The notes beneath the pieces are model-generated. The model made no database searches, was not told the origin of the DNA, and saw only the letters and a list, made by a program, of their open reading frames with translations. Positions 61,533 through 64,000 of a stretch of 64,000 nt of DNA are shown in pieces (position 1 is the first letter of the stretch; each line of letters opens with the position of its first letter). The position numbers and the translations under genes are program-made. The stretch is from Marsupella aquatica. Taxonomy: Eukaryota > Plantae > Marchantiophyta. The stretch spans positions 7,366,184 through 7,430,183 of the forward strand of contig OZ316895.1 of NCBI GenBank assembly GCA_973895155.1, read 5' to 3'.

Positions 61533-62087
61533 CTCCAACAGCAGCTGCACCAAAATGATGACAGACTCGCAACCCTGCTCTGCTCTGCTCCACTTTGCTC
61601 CGCTCTTCTTGGCCGAACGCAACAACCTCCTCGCTCCTCTGATTGATTGCTTCTCTTGCCACAACTTACTGTATGCTAAACCTGAGCTTCAGAAAGGACA
61701 TTCCGCCGCTTTCCTCTCGTGCAGCTGAGATCTTCATTCTTCGTCCGCTGTCCGCTGACTGTACCGAGCTGGTTGTTTGCAGTGCCGTGCTCTGATTTCC
61801 TGTGCTGTGTGCTGTGCTGTGCTGCGCTCTGCTGTTGCATGGATGAAGGGCAGTGGTAGACTCGTGACGACAGATTCTGTAGATGGATGGTTAGATTGAT
61901 GGATGGAATCCCTCGAGACGACTTTGGGTCCCAGAGAGTTGCGCACACTGTCTTCACTTCGAGATTCTGTGGACCCACCTCATTAAAGTCTGGATAACAT
62001 CACAAGTGAGGTGAGGTGAGGTGGGGTGAACTCTTCACATGCTCAAATAAATGTTGACGACTTCAAACTCACATTGCAGTAATGCAT

Positions 62088-62230
62088 TCTACCTTGTATA
62101 AGTGTCTACCTTGTATAAGTGCAGGCTGGGGGGGAAGAATTGTTTGTTCAATCTATGTAGTCTACCTTGTATAAGTGTCTACCTTGTATAAGTGCAGGCT
62201 GGGGGGAAGAATTGTTTGTTCAATCTATGT
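62088..62230. repeat. near-perfect ~72-bp tandem duplication with internal 17-bp repeat
   Basis: TCTACCTTGTATAAGTG x2 + CAGGCTGGGGGG(G)AAGAATTGTTTGTTCAATCTATGT, present twice. Confidence 0.85.
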
Positions 62231-62361
62231 CAAGTTAATGCGCTCCGTACACTAGAACATTAACCAATACATTGTATTTATGATCTACAAACCAAGTGAT
62301 TTGAAAGACATGTGTCCATTTTATGTTCTGGTTGTACAGCTAACTAAATTTAACATGCGGT
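62222..62361. mobile_element. ~140-bp hairpin MITE, copy 2
   Basis: Homologous to 32517-32657. Confidence 0.68.
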
Positions 62362-63160
62362 CTGCGAAGACACCCCAAACTAAATCTTGACGAGTTCAAA
62401 CTCACATTACTTATGCACATAGATTACTTAAACACTCCCAAACTACACTTATCCAGGTTATACACTCACCTATATATAAGTGCAGGCGCCTTGGAAGACA
62501 CCCCAAACCTGCACTTATCCATGTTATGCACTAATTCATAAGTGCATGGAATATCATTTATGCAATTCTCCATATGTCATCCAATAAGTGCATGTGAAAT
62601 TGCTCATGCACTTCCTTATATGTTGTTGGGTCCTACACATTGGACTCCTCATACCCCAAAGGAGACCCTAAACCCTCCTTATACTGCACCAATTAACTGG
62701 ATGAGTGCTTGGAACTACTGTATGCAGTTATCTGTGGCACTTATCAATAAATGCTTCTAGGGCATGCATTGCAGTAACTGATAAATGCATGTTCACTCTT
62801 ATAGACCAAAATGCACTTATGTATTTGTCATTTAGTGACGGGGAACTGCACTTACAGATGGTGCATTTTTGGTCCCCTTACAGAAAGAAAGTGTTGTAAT
62901 ATTATGGGACTACATGGCCAGCCTGCAGCTACCCAAGAATGTACTTACACACTGTGCACTTATGCACTGTAGACTGTAATCTCCATTCTGCTCTTTGGTT
63001 TTCCAATTTTTCTCCCCTTGTGTTTGGAAGCATGTCTTCAAGTTTGGCATTTTCTGTTCTTTGGTGGATATACATAAGTGCTTTCTGTCCACTTCAGATC
63101 GGTCATGTAGTTATTTTGAAAATTTTACTAATAAAGCGTGAACTGCAGCCTACTTTCACA

Positions 63161-63516
63161 AGCTAGGGTCTAGAGTGAAGCCTCTAGACCATAACTCTAT
63201 GGTCACATGTGCATGGGAAAAACTTATGACATGACTATATGAACATGTCAGTTTTATATGATAATTTTTAAATATTTATATTCAAAATATATAGATTGTA
63301 TGGCCCCACCACAACATATGTGCATAGAACATGGATGTGCATACAAAAAGCTTGATGTGCACATCAAGGAGAATGATATATTATATATGACTACTAAAAT
63401 GTTAGGTTTTTTTATCATTTCATTAATCTTCAAAGAATATGAATAAAAAATATATTTTGATAATTCTTTTATTGTCCTCTCCGCTATTCAGTTCAAAGAA
63501 CGGGTAGTCGGGGCTA
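63161..63516 (+). mobile_element. Helitron-like element copy
   Basis: Starts AGCTAGGGTCTAGAGTGAAGCCTCTAG and ends GTTCAAAGAACGGGTAGTCGGGCTAG|T. Confidence 0.5.
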
Positions 63517-64000
63517 GTGCCCAAAAGTGCAGGTTGACTCTCACTAAATGACAAATACATGAGTGCATTTCTATGTATAAGGATACGCATGCATTTATCA
63601 GCTATGATGCTTACATAAAAAGCATTTCTAGAAAGTGCAGCAGACAATAAATTATTATCTTACTTTCATGCACTCATCTAGTTGAATCATGTAGTATGTG
63701 GGCTCAGGATATGAGGAGTCCAATTGACTGTAATCTTCATTTGGCTTTTTGGTCTTGGGGCTTTTCCAATTGTTTTCTCCCCTTCGTTGGATTTCTCTTT
63801 TTTGGGATCCTTCAGTCAGGTTTGGCATGTTTTATTCTTTGATAGTGTCGTATATGTCTCCCACATGAATAGTATCACAAGAGAAGTTAGCTGACCAGTT
63901 GAAATACCCTGACAACAATCATTCTTGACAACTTGAAGCTCATACTGTGGGATCTCCTTGGAAACCTTTGACCTGGAAAATTATAGTCTGGGAGCATCAC

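Overview
Eukaryotic land-plant nuclear DNA (species not determinable; short introns and divergent proteins suggest, but do not prove, a seed-free plant). Three intron-containing genes can be reconstructed by hand: a GT29 sialyltransferase-like/GALT29A-type glycosyltransferase (-, 13758-15244), a respiratory burst oxidase homolog (RBOH, +, 44618-50413, 12 exons) and a plastid acyl carrier protein (-, 59485-61532, 4 exons). There is also a probable 87-aa single-pass membrane microprotein. The rest is largely transposon-derived: one very young Ty1/copia element (21953-28444; LTRs identical by eye; GACGG TSD), two solo LTRs and an LTR fragment of the same family, a five-copy MITE family with 8-bp TSDs, other TIR elements, a 5'-truncated LINE, Helitron-like elements and local duplications. 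Most notable: (1) copia gag and pol are in frame but split by a single UGA lying inside a possible 45-nt GT..AG intron whose removal fuses them; (2) the 5' LTR lacks its first 3 nt despite a perfect TSD; (3) duplicated splice-acceptor/exon copies in the GT29 and RBOH genes could yield catalytically dead or NMD isoforms; (4) the MITE termini (CTYGGGGG plus 8-bp TSD) do not fit the usual hAT signature. All analysis is by eye; no database searches were run.
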